64,000 nucleotides of DNA, from the NCBI GenBank assembly GCA_964016885.1, contig OZ024741.1:86428001-86492000 (forward strand), written 5' to 3'. Source of the stretch: Eledone cirrhosa (Eukaryota). Shown one piece after another: positions 1 through 12,421 of this stretch. The notes beneath the pieces were generated by a model. That model was not told the DNA's origin. It ran no database searches and worked only from the letters and a program-made list of their open reading frames with translations. Numbering within the stretch: position 1 is the first letter of the stretch; each line of letters opens with the position of its first letter. The translations under genes and the position numbers were made by a program.

Positions 1-90
1 ATTATCAATAAAGAACAGTGTTCATTTAACTGTTCTCCTATACTACGAGCTGTCTCACCTACGTACACTATATTCTTATCTTTCCATTGT

Positions 91-375
91 AAAGATAAGA
101 ATATAGTGTATATAGGTGAGACAGCTCGTAGTATAGGAGAACGGTTAAATGAACACTGGCGAGAACTTCAAGATAAAAAAGAATCATCAATACTCCACCA
201 ACATGCTAAATTAGAACATAAGGGCAAATTAGAGAACATAGAAATAAAAATAGAATCTACACACAGAAAAGACGCAATGTTTAGACAAATCACAGAGGCA
301 ATAAACATAAATGAACTCCAACCAAAATTAAATAGAAAACATGAATGGAATAGCAACATCACAACTTACAATTAA
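91..375 (+). mobile_element. Penelope-like element 3' fragment (GIY-YIG endonuclease C-terminal part)
   Basis: YIGETARSIGERLNEH...HQHAKLEH...RQITEAINI..LN matches the YIG.T.R...R..EH and E...LN motifs of PLE endonucleases. Confidence 0.85.
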
Positions 376-539
376 GGACAAAATGAAAACACACACACAC
401 ATAGAACAAGCAACCAACCAGTAACATGCAAATAAACAAATAAAAACACACACAGACACCCGGATGTAACACATGCACAAACTAAGCACACAACACAGAC
501 AAAAGCAAGATGGCGTAGGACAGAACAAAGGAGAGGCAT

Positions 540-798
540 TGCAAAGTGGTCATGGAGGTGCCATGGCAAAAAAGCATCCAGCCTACACTGTAAAGTGGAC
601 GTGTAGGCGCCACGGAAAAAAAGCACCCAGCACTCACTGTAAATGAGGTTGGTGTTAGGAAGGGCATCCAGCTGTAGAAATCAAGCCAGAATCAGTTCCT
701 GTATGAGAAAGACATGGTCAGCCGACCAGCACTGCCCACAACAGGACAACCTGTCTAACCCATGCTAGCGTGGAAGAACGGACGTAAAACGGTGATGA

Positions 799-800
<2 letters not shown>
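540..800 (+). mobile_element. RTE-related SINE/non-autonomous repeat (representative copy)
   Basis: Core gttggtgttaggaagggcatccagctgtagaaa plus 3' end acccatgctagcgtggaag..gacgtaaaacggtgatgatg, similar to the 3' end of the RTE at 59700-59770. Related copies near 4050-4265, 7105-7475, 17650-17990(-), 21435-21565(-), 27245-27530, 30080-30240(-), 42940-43110, 48590-48810(-), 51900-52290, 53545-53760, 55130-55450, 55980-56280 and 60228-60550. Confidence 0.8.
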
Positions 801-861
<61 letters not shown>

Positions 862-2898
862 ATCAGTAATATATATATATATATATACATATATAAATAT
901 ATACATATATGTATGGCTCACTGAATACACAAGTGATTTTTCTAAAACAAAATGTTTCCATTCCATCCTCTTCTCCCTCTCTTTTCTTTATTTTTCATTC
1001 TATTTTCTGATGAAGGACTCGCGTCTGAATATAGACTCTCTTCCTACTATATCAAGTGTTAAACTGATATATTTTTTCATTATACTGTGTTGTTTGCTTT
1101 GTTATTTCTGTTTACTTTTTTCATACATACATACATATACATAGGGACTTTGAAGAAAAAATAAGTAATTCTTTCCTCACATTTATAATTTTATATATAT
1201 GAATGAAAGGAGTAATAAAAACATAACGTGGAAGTGGAAATTATTTATATTAACAGCTTCACTTATGTCCACATTACCAGCAGGTTCATGATGTAAACAC
1301 ATGTAATTCAGCAGATGCATCTCATGAAATGGACGTGTTTACATCTTGAAACAACTGGTAATGTAGAGATATGTCAAACTGTTAATTTAAGTACTCTCTC
1401 TATACACATACACATATATATAGAAAATGAAGGGAATTTCTTGGTACAGTAAGATAAATTTGAAAAAAGGTAAGAATGACTTCATTGGTGGTTGATGTCC
1501 TTTAATAATTCAAATCTTTACAATAAGTCGTATTAGTTATACATCTTCATCATAACACAACAGACCAGTTTGAAAATTTCACCAAATGTGAGAAAGTTCC
1601 CCAGAAAGTTAACAAGGACTTACTAGAATTAATATCAATAATGACTTATTGTAAAGATTTAAATAATTAAAAAACATCAACCACCAGTGAAGCCATTCAT
1701 TGCAACAAAATTCCATTTTATTGTAAAACTGATTTCTTCTGAGTTTTCGGTAAAAATATGTTTTGATAATGAGGCTGAATTGCCCTTGGTTCTATGTCTG
1801 AATAAATGAATATGTTATGTATATTGAACTTTAACTCTTAAAATCTTATAATGATTTAGTAGAAAATATCTAAAAATTATTAGTGGACAAATTGATGTAA
1901 ACATTTCAGTAAACTAAAGGAAAGATTTTAATTTTTAATGAAAAGCAATTACAGTGCGGTTTTGTACTTTTCATGAATGTCTTGAAAATGAGGTTTCATG
2001 TGATAATAGCTTTAAGATACAGGGCATTAAGAGTTAAAGGTATTATCTGTTAACTGGATATATGTCTTTTCCATACCCTAGCTAGCTAAGTATACTAGGT
2101 TTCTTGACAAGCATTTTCTGTTAAAGTAGCACTTTGTTATATTTCTAGTTATATTTAGATAGAGTTGGTGGTGTAGTGTTTTGGTTTTTTTTGTAAAATT
2201 AATGAATTTATGATGACAAAATTGTATATTTCTGATGTATTGATACATTGAAAAGGTTAATCCCTGTTTCTTCCTGCAGAAAAAGTTGTTGTAAAATAAT
2301 AATGACTTCCTTGCATTTCAAATAGAAAATCTATCACCTGAGGAAACATGAATACATGGAAACTCCACAAAAGACATCAGTTTATTACATTGATTAATCA
2401 TACTCTACCGTGTATTGCATATTTTTTCTCTTGTTTGTTATAAAGAAACATGTATATTTGTTTGTGTGTGGAAAATAGAGAAAAATAAAAAAAATTTCAT
2501 TTAGGAAAAATATTTTTCTTCATTAACGAGGCTACCCATATGTTTATTGCATATAAACGTATATGTTTATATATGTTTTTATATACATCTCTCTCTATAT
2601 ATATATATATGTGTCTGTGTACAAGTCATTATCACCTTGCATAAATGTAAACATTGTTTTTCTGATGAGTTGTCTTATTTAATGATACAATATAGTAGGA
2701 ATTAAATTTTCCAATAGACATAATCAAAATAGCGTTTCCAGATCTTGTTCATTTGTGAGATAACGAAAGACATGTCAATTGCATAATAAATGTTGATCCT
2801 CTAACTGCAATGTTGTCATATTCATGTTACTTATATTATATATATATGTGCATATATGTATATGAATGTGTCATGAAATGATATATATATATATATAT

Positions 2899-3218
2899 AG
2901 ACACTCATGCTTCCCGAAATACGCCAAAACTACACCTGATGTGCCCCTTCCATACACATGCACACATGTGTGCACTGTTCATTTTACTGATGTTTGTGCA
3001 TTGCCCTATGTACTGTACATGCACTTTTTTTATGGGTTGTGGTGCACCTGGGCACTGTGCACAATATTTCATTATTGTTATTGTTATTATATCATGACTC
3101 ATACACTGTTTATTTTCCTGACATTTGTACATTATTCTATGTACTATACATGCACCTTTGATGAGTTGTAGTGCACCTGAGCACTGTACACAATAATTTC
3201 ATTATTATTATTATTATA
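2899..3218 (+). mobile_element. CR1-type LINE 3' end (short truncated copy)
   Basis: Nearly identical to 44058-44388, the 3' UTR of the CR1-like ORF; ends in (ATT)n. Confidence 0.85.
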
Positions 3219-4005
3219 TAATGTATAATAAACAATACAATATAATTACCTCATTACCAGAGGTTTTCCGAATAAGACGAATACAAGAAACATCCTCATT
3301 CGTTCGTCAGACAAGGCAATTTAAAACATAGTGAAATATTTGAAAAATCTCCTCAAGAAAGGCAAAAGTTTAACGGGCAAAAATAATATATAAATAAAAG
3401 TAATGCAAGAGATATATAAAAATAAAATAAGGAAATATAGTTAGGGTATGTGTATAAATGTGTGTATATGCACTTACAAATGTACATATGTGTGTATGTA
3501 CAAATATATGTGTATAGTGAAAAAATGTGTGCGTAAGTACATACACGAGGGCAAGCATATCAGTGTATGTGTTACCACAAATACGTATATAATATATGTT
3601 GAAAAAAGAAATTGTAAGATAATAGAGTTAACGTACATACAGACTCAGGGACTAAGGATTGAAATGTATACACATACAGGTATGAAAGCACGCGTATAAA
3701 CACACGCGCAACCACATACATGCAAGTGATATATACAGGGAAGGGAGTGTATCAGTCAAAGCAGTGTCAGGCTGAAGGTCAATACATATATAAAAAATAT
3801 AAAATATGAAAATGAAAAAATGAAAAAATATATGAGAATAAAAATTAAATCAAAGAGAAAGGGGGAGGGGTTATCAATTAGAAAGTAACACTAGAAAAAA
3901 TAGAAAACATACATAGGTTCGTACATACACATATATATATAAATACGTACAGACAAAAGCACATAGATGCATACATACATACAAAAGCGCGCACACAAAC
4001 ACACG
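3219..4005 (-). mobile_element. 3' pseudo-LTR of the Naiad-type Penelope element
   Basis: Reverse complement of about 10655-11462, and a direct repeat of 10284-10500. Confidence 0.8.
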
Positions 4006-4319
4006 ACATTTCAGCTGTTTAGCACACTTCTTAATCTCTATATATATAGCAGTCCACGCTGTAATGTGGCCGTGTAGGTAACACGGTAAAAACCTCCCAG
4101 TCCACACTGTAAACGTGGTTGATGTTAGGAAGGGCATCCAGCCGTAGAAAACCCGCCAGACAGTCCTATACAAGCAGGACAATCAATCTTGCCTCAAGTA
4201 GGAAAACTCCCGTCCAAACTCATGCAAGCGTGGAAGATGGACGTTAAACGATGATGATGATGATAGCAGTATGTATTGTTTACATGTCTACTTATTAAAA
4301 ATGCATTCTCTCTCTCTGG

Positions 4320-4860
4320 TCCGACCCCTCCACTTCCCCCATCTTCCTTTCCCCACCCCTCCCCTCCTTCAAACGCGCACGCAATCTCCGCACCCTCCTC
4401 GTCCACAGCTCGTTACCCCCCAACCCACGCTCTTCCTCCTCCAGTTCACTTCCCTGCTCCAGGCCCTGTTACCATACCTGCCCCCACATCACCAACACCA
4501 CCACCTTCCAGGGTCCCAATGGTCACTCTCTCTCTGTCTGGCATGCCTTCCGCTGCACCTCCTCTAACCTAGTCTATGGACTTCGCTGCACGGAGTGTAG
4601 CACAACCTACGTTGGGCAGACTGGATGTCGCCTGGCGGACCGTTTCACGGAACACCTCCGGGATATTCGCCTCGGCAGGAGTTCCCCGATCGCCCGCCAC
4701 TTTCGCTCCCCTGGACATTCCGCCCACCACCTCACAGTCTGTGGCCTTCTCCAATGCCATGGAACACCCGCCACCCGCCTCATGGTCGAACAATGCACCA
4801 TCTTCACCCTCCAGACCCACACACACCCCCCGGCCTGAACTCCCCACCCCTATTCCTTTA
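4320..4860 (+). mobile_element. Penelope-like element fragment (Zn-knuckle linker plus GIY-YIG; Neptune/Poseidon-like)
   Basis: My translation of frames missing from the ORF track: FKRARNLRTLLVHSS..PCSRPCYHTCPHI..CTSSNLVYGLRCTECSTTYVGQTGCRLADRFTEHLRDI..IARHF..GH..E..IFTLQT..PPGLN. Confidence 0.85.
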
Positions 4861-5586
4861 GCCTTCGACCGCCCACCCATCCCCCCACCCTTTCCCCACT
4901 AACACCTCTAACACACTTCCCCTTTCACTCCCCCCTGGCCCATCCCACAACTAACTATACTAACATCCCCACCCCTCCCTCTAACTCGCACACACCCACC
5001 TGAACATATATACATGCACTCACACCATCCACACACCCTACTACCACCACTAACCCTCACCCACACATCCACTCTGACCACCCCACAACTAACATCACTA
5101 ACCTCCCCCCGACTCCACGCACATGAACACACACCATCACACACCCACACACACCCACACCTATGTACACCACCCACTCCACACACCCAACCACCACTAA
5201 CCCCCACTTACACACCCGCTTTCCACCCTTTCCCCATCACATGTAATACTAACACCCCCTTTACCACACACACTCATCCAAACACGCACACACACACACA
5301 CCAGTACACTACACCCCCTCCTCCATCCCCAACACCCCTTCTCCCCCCTCCCTCTCCCCGCTCCACCCACACCCCTTCACGCACACACATCCCACTAACA
5401 CCTCTACTAATATACACCCCATTGCCCCACTTCACCTTCCCCCTCCACCCTTCACACCTACCCATCTTCTCCCCTATCCACCGCACCTTCGCACACACAC
5501 TCCTCATCTCAATCCACCTGTCATCCCACTCTACTGCTATCTCTACACCCTGTCTTGACCAACTGACCACTTCCTGTTGCGCGTGC

Positions 5587-5737
5587 ACTTCCTACCACCA
5601 CCAACACTGGATTCTACTTCCCTCCACTTCCTACCACCACCAACACTGGATTCTACTTCCCTCCACTTCCTACCACCACCAACACTGGATTCTACTTCCC
5701 TCCACTTCCTACCACCACCAACATTGGATTCTACACC
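5587..5737. repeat. 39-bp tandem repeat, about 4 copies, within a C/A-rich low-complexity tract (4860-6200)
   Basis: Unit cacttcctaccaccaccaacactggattctacttccctc. Confidence 0.9.
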
Positions 5738-6419
5738 TTCGGTCATCTCTCCAACCATCCACTCAATATCTTGAAAAATATCCAGCATCCCTCCACACAT
5801 CTGACGGAACTACTTCAGGAGCTTACCCACGAACATACACTCACACATTTTATTTCGCACAACGCCACCCACATCCATACACAAACACACACGTGCGTAC
5901 CCCCACGTATACACAACCTCCGGAATCCACGCGCCACCTCCCCCACCCCTGACCCCTCTCCTTCCACACACACGCACACACCGACTTACACCCCACCCCA
6001 CGCACACACCTTTTCCTGAACATGGAACCTCGTTCTTCCTCAAACTCTCACATACACACACACACACTCACGTACACCTACACACATACACAAACACCAC
6101 CTTCAGCCTTCCTCACTTCGACACCCCACCTCCCTCTCCCAACTCCACTCGCCACCACCCTTACATGCCTCACACCCTTCAACCACTTGTCCATCTTATT
6201 GTTTATTCTTATGTTTGTTTTTACGTTTACGTTTATTTTTATTTGTTCTCCTTCCCCTTTTTTCTAAATGTATTTCCACACACCCTCTGAACACTCTTCC
6301 TAACCTATTTACTCCTGAAGAAGGGCTTATGCACGAAACGTTGTCCCCCCCCCCCTCAAAAGCGTGAACCTAATAAACCTTTTTTTGTCTGCCTCTCTGT
6401 TTTGATCCCGTATAAATTT

Positions 6420-7083
6420 GCACTATATTCTGGTGCAATAAGTAGCAGCAAGTGCTCACAGAATACTAGCTCATTCCATTGCACAGATGGTTCTATAGAA
6501 ATAGTGGACACCTTCCGTTACCTGGGTGACAAAATCAGCAGTGGGGGAGGGTGCTCTGAAAGTACAGTAGCTAGAGTCAGAACTGGATGGAAAAAGTTCA
6601 GAGAGCTTATACCACTATTAGCCGCTAAAAGGTTCTCTCTAAAAATGAAAGGCAGGCTGTATGATGCCCGCATACGAACAGCAATGTTACATGGCAGTGA
6701 GACCTGGGCATTGTGTGCAGAGGATATATGCAGACTGGAGAAGAACGAAGCTTGCATGCTCCGCTGGATGTGTAATAGAAATATATGTGAACGGCAAAGC
6801 ATAAACGAACTAAGGGAAAAATTAGAAATAAGAGGGATCAGATGTTGTTTACTCGAGAGAAGACTACGTTGGTATGGTCACATGATGCACATGAAAGACG
6901 ACAGCTGTATAAAAAAGTGCAGGGCAATAGAAATAGACGGTAGCCACGGAGTAGGCAGACCTAGAAAAACCTGGGACGACTTGATAAATTCCGACCTCAC
7001 ACACTTACACTTCTCCAAGACAATGTCACTGGACCGAGATCTTTGGCGCTACACAGTAATACAGAAGACCCGCCTTACCTAAG
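6420..7083 (+). mobile_element. RTE LINE 3' fragment
   Basis: VDTFRYLG..GWKKFREL..HGSETW..LRWYGHM..GRPRKTW; homologous to the C-terminus of the RTE at 57168-59770. Confidence 0.9.
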
Positions 7084-7981
7084 TACAAAGTGAAACCTAC
7101 TACAGTCAGTAGGCACCTCTAACAAAAATACACCCCCGTCCCACTACCCCCACCTCATCCACACCACTCCTTTCAATGTAAAGTTATGTTGGTACCACAA
7201 CATCCAGTCCAAAACAAATGAGGTCGTGTAGGTGTCACGACAAAAAAACACACAGTCCACGCTGTAATGTGGCCGTGTAGGTAACACGGTAAAAATCTCC
7301 CAGTCCACACTGTAAACATGGTTGGTGTTAGGAAAGGCATCCAGCCGTAGAAAACCCGCCAGACAGTCCTATGCGAGCAAGACAACCACTCTTGCCTCAA
7401 GTGGGAAAACTCCCATCCAAACCCATGCAAGCATGGAAGATGGAGATTTAACGATGATGATGATGATGATGATGACATGTACATCTAATCACATGCACGC
7501 ACGCGACCATATATATACACATATACATATACACACACACATATATATATAAGTATGTAAAAAACATAGATATAAAAACACACATACACATACACGCACG
7601 CATACAAATGCATTCGTATACATATACAAATACGTATATACACACATGCACGCTCACATGCATAGATACAATATAAAAACCAGCTGTATGAATAAACGAG
7701 TACAAATTATATGCAAGTAAACATACATAAAAGTGGCTGAGAGACAACAGAATATATCTGGAGTTGAAAACGCAAGTGACATGTGATATCAGGTAGTGAA
7801 AGAAAAGGGCAAAGTAAAATATGTAAAATTGTGAAGATATAAAGTAAGTGAATCAAAAAAGCAGGTGGGGGGGTGTCATTGGTGGATGTGAAGTAAAAAT
7901 AAAGTTAAAAATAAAAATAAAAGTAAATCAGAAAGAGAAATCTGTAAAGAGGGTAATTTAAGGAAAGTGAAGAACAAGAGT

Positions 7982-10088
7982 TTATGGAGGATAAGTATCT
8001 GAAAGTGAGTTAAGTTTATATGAGTTGGAAAGCAAGTGTGATTTCATGTGTGGGCAACTGGTGAAAATTTCTGTTTTTGCATTTAGGCAGGTTTTTGGTG
8101 ATTTAAGGTTCTGTAAAATCCAATATTTTTCACTTATGCAGAGTGCGCATCTTCTTGTTCCTCTTGCATATTCTTTAGATTGGTTCAAAATTGATCAATC
8201 TAATTTATATTGGATACCTTGGTCTTTCAAATCCCATATTCTGCTAGCCAGAGCTGTTGTAAATCTTTTTTCAGGATGTCAGAAAGATGCGACATGTGAG
8301 TAATAACGTGTTTTGAATTTGTCTTGTGTCATACTCACATATCATTCGCTGGTGGCTGGTAGGTTGTTGCTGGTGGTTGTCACTTTAGCCGCATATACAA
8401 TGGCTTTGGTGTTGCATTTACCTTGTAATGGGCATTCACGTTTGACTCTACAGGAGCAATTTTGATGTTCTCTGGGTATTTTCTTATTGAGGATATAAGA
8501 TTTAATAGGAAGACCGCAGGAGTAGCTGATTTTGACACAGTTTCTATTGAAGATCTTATAGTATCTATGTGTTCTAGGGAAATGTTTATCTAAGAGCTCT
8601 AGGAATGTTTTACCTACATTAGTTTTAACTGCTAAAGAGTAGGGGGGGGGGGGGGGTGAACCAGATTATTTTTCTTTTCCTATTATTATGTTTAAAGGAG
8701 TTAGTATTGTTGGGTATGTACTTAATCGGTTCGCTAAATCCACTATTTTGAAGGGCTTTATTATAGTAGGGGGATGCCTTATTGAAAATAGCTTCTGAGG
8801 AAGAGAGGGTGGTGATCCTACGGCTAATATTAGGGATAAGATTTTTAAAAACTATAGGAGGATGGCAAGAGCCTTTATTTATATATTTTAAAATTTCATT
8901 AGGTTTATAAGAAGCAGTAGGCAGTTCTAGGTTTATATCTAGAAAATTAACATTAGAAAAGTTAGTGTCAATGGTAATTTTAAGATTAAAACTAGCAAAG
9001 GTTTTTATTAAGTCTTTCCTGAATCTATCTAAGTTATGGCCTATAGTGGTATGGGAAAGTATTAGACCATTGTCGCGATAAAGCCCAAATGTATGGTTAG
9101 GGAATTTCTCTTTAAGTGTGTAGGAGGAATAGACCGACTAAATCACACACGTCAGCACTGTCAAAAAAACCCATTGAGACATCGAATGGGTTCTCTGGGT
9201 TAGATTTTTTTACCCAAGTGTCATTATTAATAAATAGTAAAGTGTTTCTAGCATGCAAAATGATATTCTCTTCAATAAACTTTCTAGCAAAATTTAAGGC
9301 TTTCGTTAAAAGAGGGTGAGTAATAGACGAGTAGAAGTCAAATTGGGTGAATCTAGAACTATTTTTATCTTTAATATTATTAAACCAATGTACTACGGAA
9401 TAGCTATTTATCCATTGGAGTAATTCAGACTTACTTCTAATATGTTTGTTTATATTATTTAATATTTTTTTGCTAGCAAGACCGATTTCAGTCTTAGCAG
9501 AGTTGATTAATCTACAACTAGGATGATTAATAAAATCAGGTTTGTGATCTTTGAGGGTGATATAGGCATTACGTTTAGCAAGTTTTTCTGTTCTATTGTC
9601 TATTTTAAAAAAAATAGCTAATTCTTTAGCTTCCTTATTAATAGTATTATAGGTGTTTATATTAGCTATTTGGTATTTAGAGGTGATGTTATCTGTTAAG
9701 AGTTGGTCATGTAAGTTATTATTAACTTTGTATAAGTTTTAGTTTTGTCAGAGAAAATGAACTTATTTCTAGAAGATTTGAATATTGAAATATCGTTAGA
9801 TAGTTTAGATTGAAAAGGGTTAGAGTACTTATGGAATTTGATTTGGTTGATTAAATTAACTAAGTCTAGTTCAAAAGTGGTCATATCATTTACTCTTTGT
9901 GGGTATTTATGAGACTTGATATCAAAATATTCTGTAGAGTCCATGTTAAAGTGTCCATCGAAAATCAAAGCTTTCCATCTCATTCTTTTAACAACTTTCT
10001 CTACTTTGTCTATCAACATTTTAGTGTAGGAAGTGTTAGAAGGTGTTGGGATATTCTTGATGGAGTAATCCAAATGATGTCTATCCAT
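7982..10088 (-). mobile_element. Decayed Naiad-type Penelope-like retroelement ORF (RT plus C-terminal GIY-YIG)
   Basis: N-terminal YSIKNIP..KRMRWKA; RT motifs FDVSMG..DVCDLVGLFLL and GLYRDNGL (YRDD to YRDN); linker CSC..CPLQGKC..IVYAAKV; endonuclease FKTRY.SH..IW.LK..CALCISEK..LN..E...CPH. Stops and frameshifts present. Confidence 0.88.
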
Positions 10089-10245
10089 GTTCAGTATTGG
10101 TTAAAAATCCTTTTGACTGAAGAGTGCTCGACTTTAAAAGGGCTGGAAGGTGCCAATCTCATAAAAATGTAGAATATGCTATGATCATTCCCTTGGGAGC
10201 TGTATAAGTATTGAAGTTTCTGGTGAAAATTGAAAAAGTCATAGC

Positions 10246-10546
10246 AGTGAAGAGTGCTCTATGTAAGTTAGAGAGCTAAATTTAATGTATAATAAACAAT
10301 ACAATATAATTACCTCATTACCAGAGGTTTCCCGAATAAGACGAATACAAGAAACGTCCTCATTCGTTCGTCAGACAAGGCAATTTAAAACATAGTGAAA
10401 TATTTGAAAAATCTCCTCATGAAAGGCAAAAGTTTAACGGGCAAAAAAAGTATATAAATAAAAGTAATGCAAGTGATATATAAAAATAAAATAAGGAAAT
10501 AATAATGTTTTTTACATACTTATATATATGTGTGTGTGTGTATATG

Positions 10547-10581
<35 letters not shown>

Positions 10582-11497
10582 ATGTATAAATGTATATATA
10601 TATATAGTCACGTGCGTGCGTGTGATTAGATGTACATGTACGTATATATATATGTACTTCGTGCGTATGTATGCGCACTTTTGTATGTATGTACGCATGT
10701 ATGTGCTTTTGTCTGTACATATTTATATATATATTTTTATATATATATGTGTATGTACGAACCTATGTATGTTTTCTATTTTTTCTAGTGTTACTTTCTA
10801 ATTGATAACCCCTCCCCCTTACTTTCTCTTTGATTTAATTTTTATTCTCATATATTTTTTCATTTTTTCATTTTCATATTTTATACTTTTTATATATGTA
10901 TTGACCTTCAGCCTGACACTGCTTTGACTGATACACTCCCTTCCCTGTATATATCACTTGCATGTATGTGGTTGCGCATGTGTTTATACGCATGCTTTCA
11001 TACTTGTATGTGTATACATTTCAATCCTTAGTCCCTGAGTCTGTATGTACGTTAACTCTATTATCTTACAATTTCTTTTTCAACATATATTATATACGTA
11101 TTTGTGGTAACACATACACTGATATGCTTGCCCTCATGTATGTACTTACGCACACATTTTTTCACTATACACATGCATTTGTACATACACACATATGTAC
11201 ATTTGTAAGTGCATATACACACATTTATACACATACCCTAACTATATTTCCTTATTTTATTTTTATATATCTCTTGCATTACTTTTATTTATATACTTTT
11301 TTTGCCCGTTAAACTTTTGCCTTTCTTGAGATTTTTCAAATATTTCACTATGTTTTAAATTGCCTTGTCTGACGAACGAATGAGGACATTTCTTGTATTC
11401 GTCTTATTCGGGAAACCTCTGGTAATGAGGTAATTATATTGTATTGTTTATTATACATTAAATTTAGCTCTGGTACTTACATAGAGCACTCTTCACT
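10246..11497. repeat. Inverted pseudo-LTR pair at the 5' end of the Naiad element (arms about 10246-10501 and 11245-11497)
   Basis: Direct sequence comparison shows arms of about 255 bp in reverse complement with few mismatches. Confidence 0.9.
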
Positions 11498-11531
11498 CCT
11501 TGCAAGCAGGGAAAAACAGACGTAAAATGAA

Positions 11532-11563
<32 letters not shown>

Positions 11564-12201
11564 ATATACACACACCCACCCACACATATATATATATATA
11601 TACACACACACACATATGTGAGGGTGAGAGTATTAAATACATTGAAGGCTATATGCAGTTGTAGTCAGGTTTATTTTCATCTTCATGATACATATTTCAC
11701 TGATGTTGATGACTAGGTAGTTTTATTCCTACCCACTTCACCAGCCTGAGCTCATCAGATAGTATAAAAATATTTCAGCAATTTCACGCAACTTAAAAAA
11801 ATTTTTTTTAATTCTTTAAAAAAATTCCTTCAAAAAATTATTTTTATGATTCACGGAACCGGTGGTATGTTTTGTTGGTTCTATGCTAGCCAGCCCCTGT
11901 ATGACCCCCTAGCTCTGAGGTGGAAGTGTGGATCTTTCCCCCATCATTTCCACTGGGGGTCAAAAATAGTAAGTCATAGTTATAGGAACTAATTCTGCAA
12001 GTAGCACACCTCCCCCTCCTCCCTACTAGGCAGTGGTTGTTATAGTAGTTGTAATAGATATATCGCCTCTCAGCCAACTAGTTTACTCATTGGCAACAGT
12101 ACCACACCATTAAGGTTATATGGGGGGAAGGGGTGGATAATTGTGAAAGAGGGGTTCAAATATTATAACTAAAAAGATAAAGCAAATCTAAAATAAATTA
12201 A

Positions 12202-12421
12202 CCCTTTAGCATTTAAACCAGCCGTATCCGGTCAGAATTTTCTCACCTCTTTCTGTTAAAACCAGCCATAACCAACTGCTCATACTTATGTTAAGGTATT
12301 GTTCTCAAAATAAAGAATATGAAAATCTCATAGATTTGATATTATGTGAGATCTTATGTGAAATAAAGTGTTTACTGTGAAAATACAATACTATATACAG
12401 AGTAACATAAATGCTAAAGGG
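12202..12421. mobile_element. piggyBac-type MITE (CCCTTTAGCATTT TIR, TTAA target duplication)
   Basis: TTAA|CCCTTTAGCATTT...AAATGCTAAAGGG|TTAA. Same family at 16688-16900 and 54395-54603; partial copies near 36400-36572 and 62330-62383. Confidence 0.85.

Noticed and set aside
2338-2365. CTGAGGA..GAAAC as an additional hammerhead (also CTGAAGA near 31724)
   Set aside because: Helices I-III cannot be closed convincingly; too degenerate to call.
5014-5952. 312-aa His/Thr/Pro-rich ORF
   Set aside because: By-product of C/A-rich low-complexity DNA that lacks stop codons; no domain pattern or splice support.
8190-8350. Three in-frame TGA codons in the Naiad endonuclease as possible selenocysteine (some Naiads are reported to encode selenoproteins)
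   Set aside because: They do not fall at conserved Cys positions; contexts SF*H and LD*SI fit CGA/TGG to TGA decay. The conserved cysteines are TGC/TGT and the ORF has other lesions (YRDN, frameshifts).
10417-11312. Tyr/Ile/His/Thr-rich ORFs (also 718-966, 3370-3699, 49631-49891)
   Set aside because: Translations of TA/CA microsatellite-rich repeat DNA.
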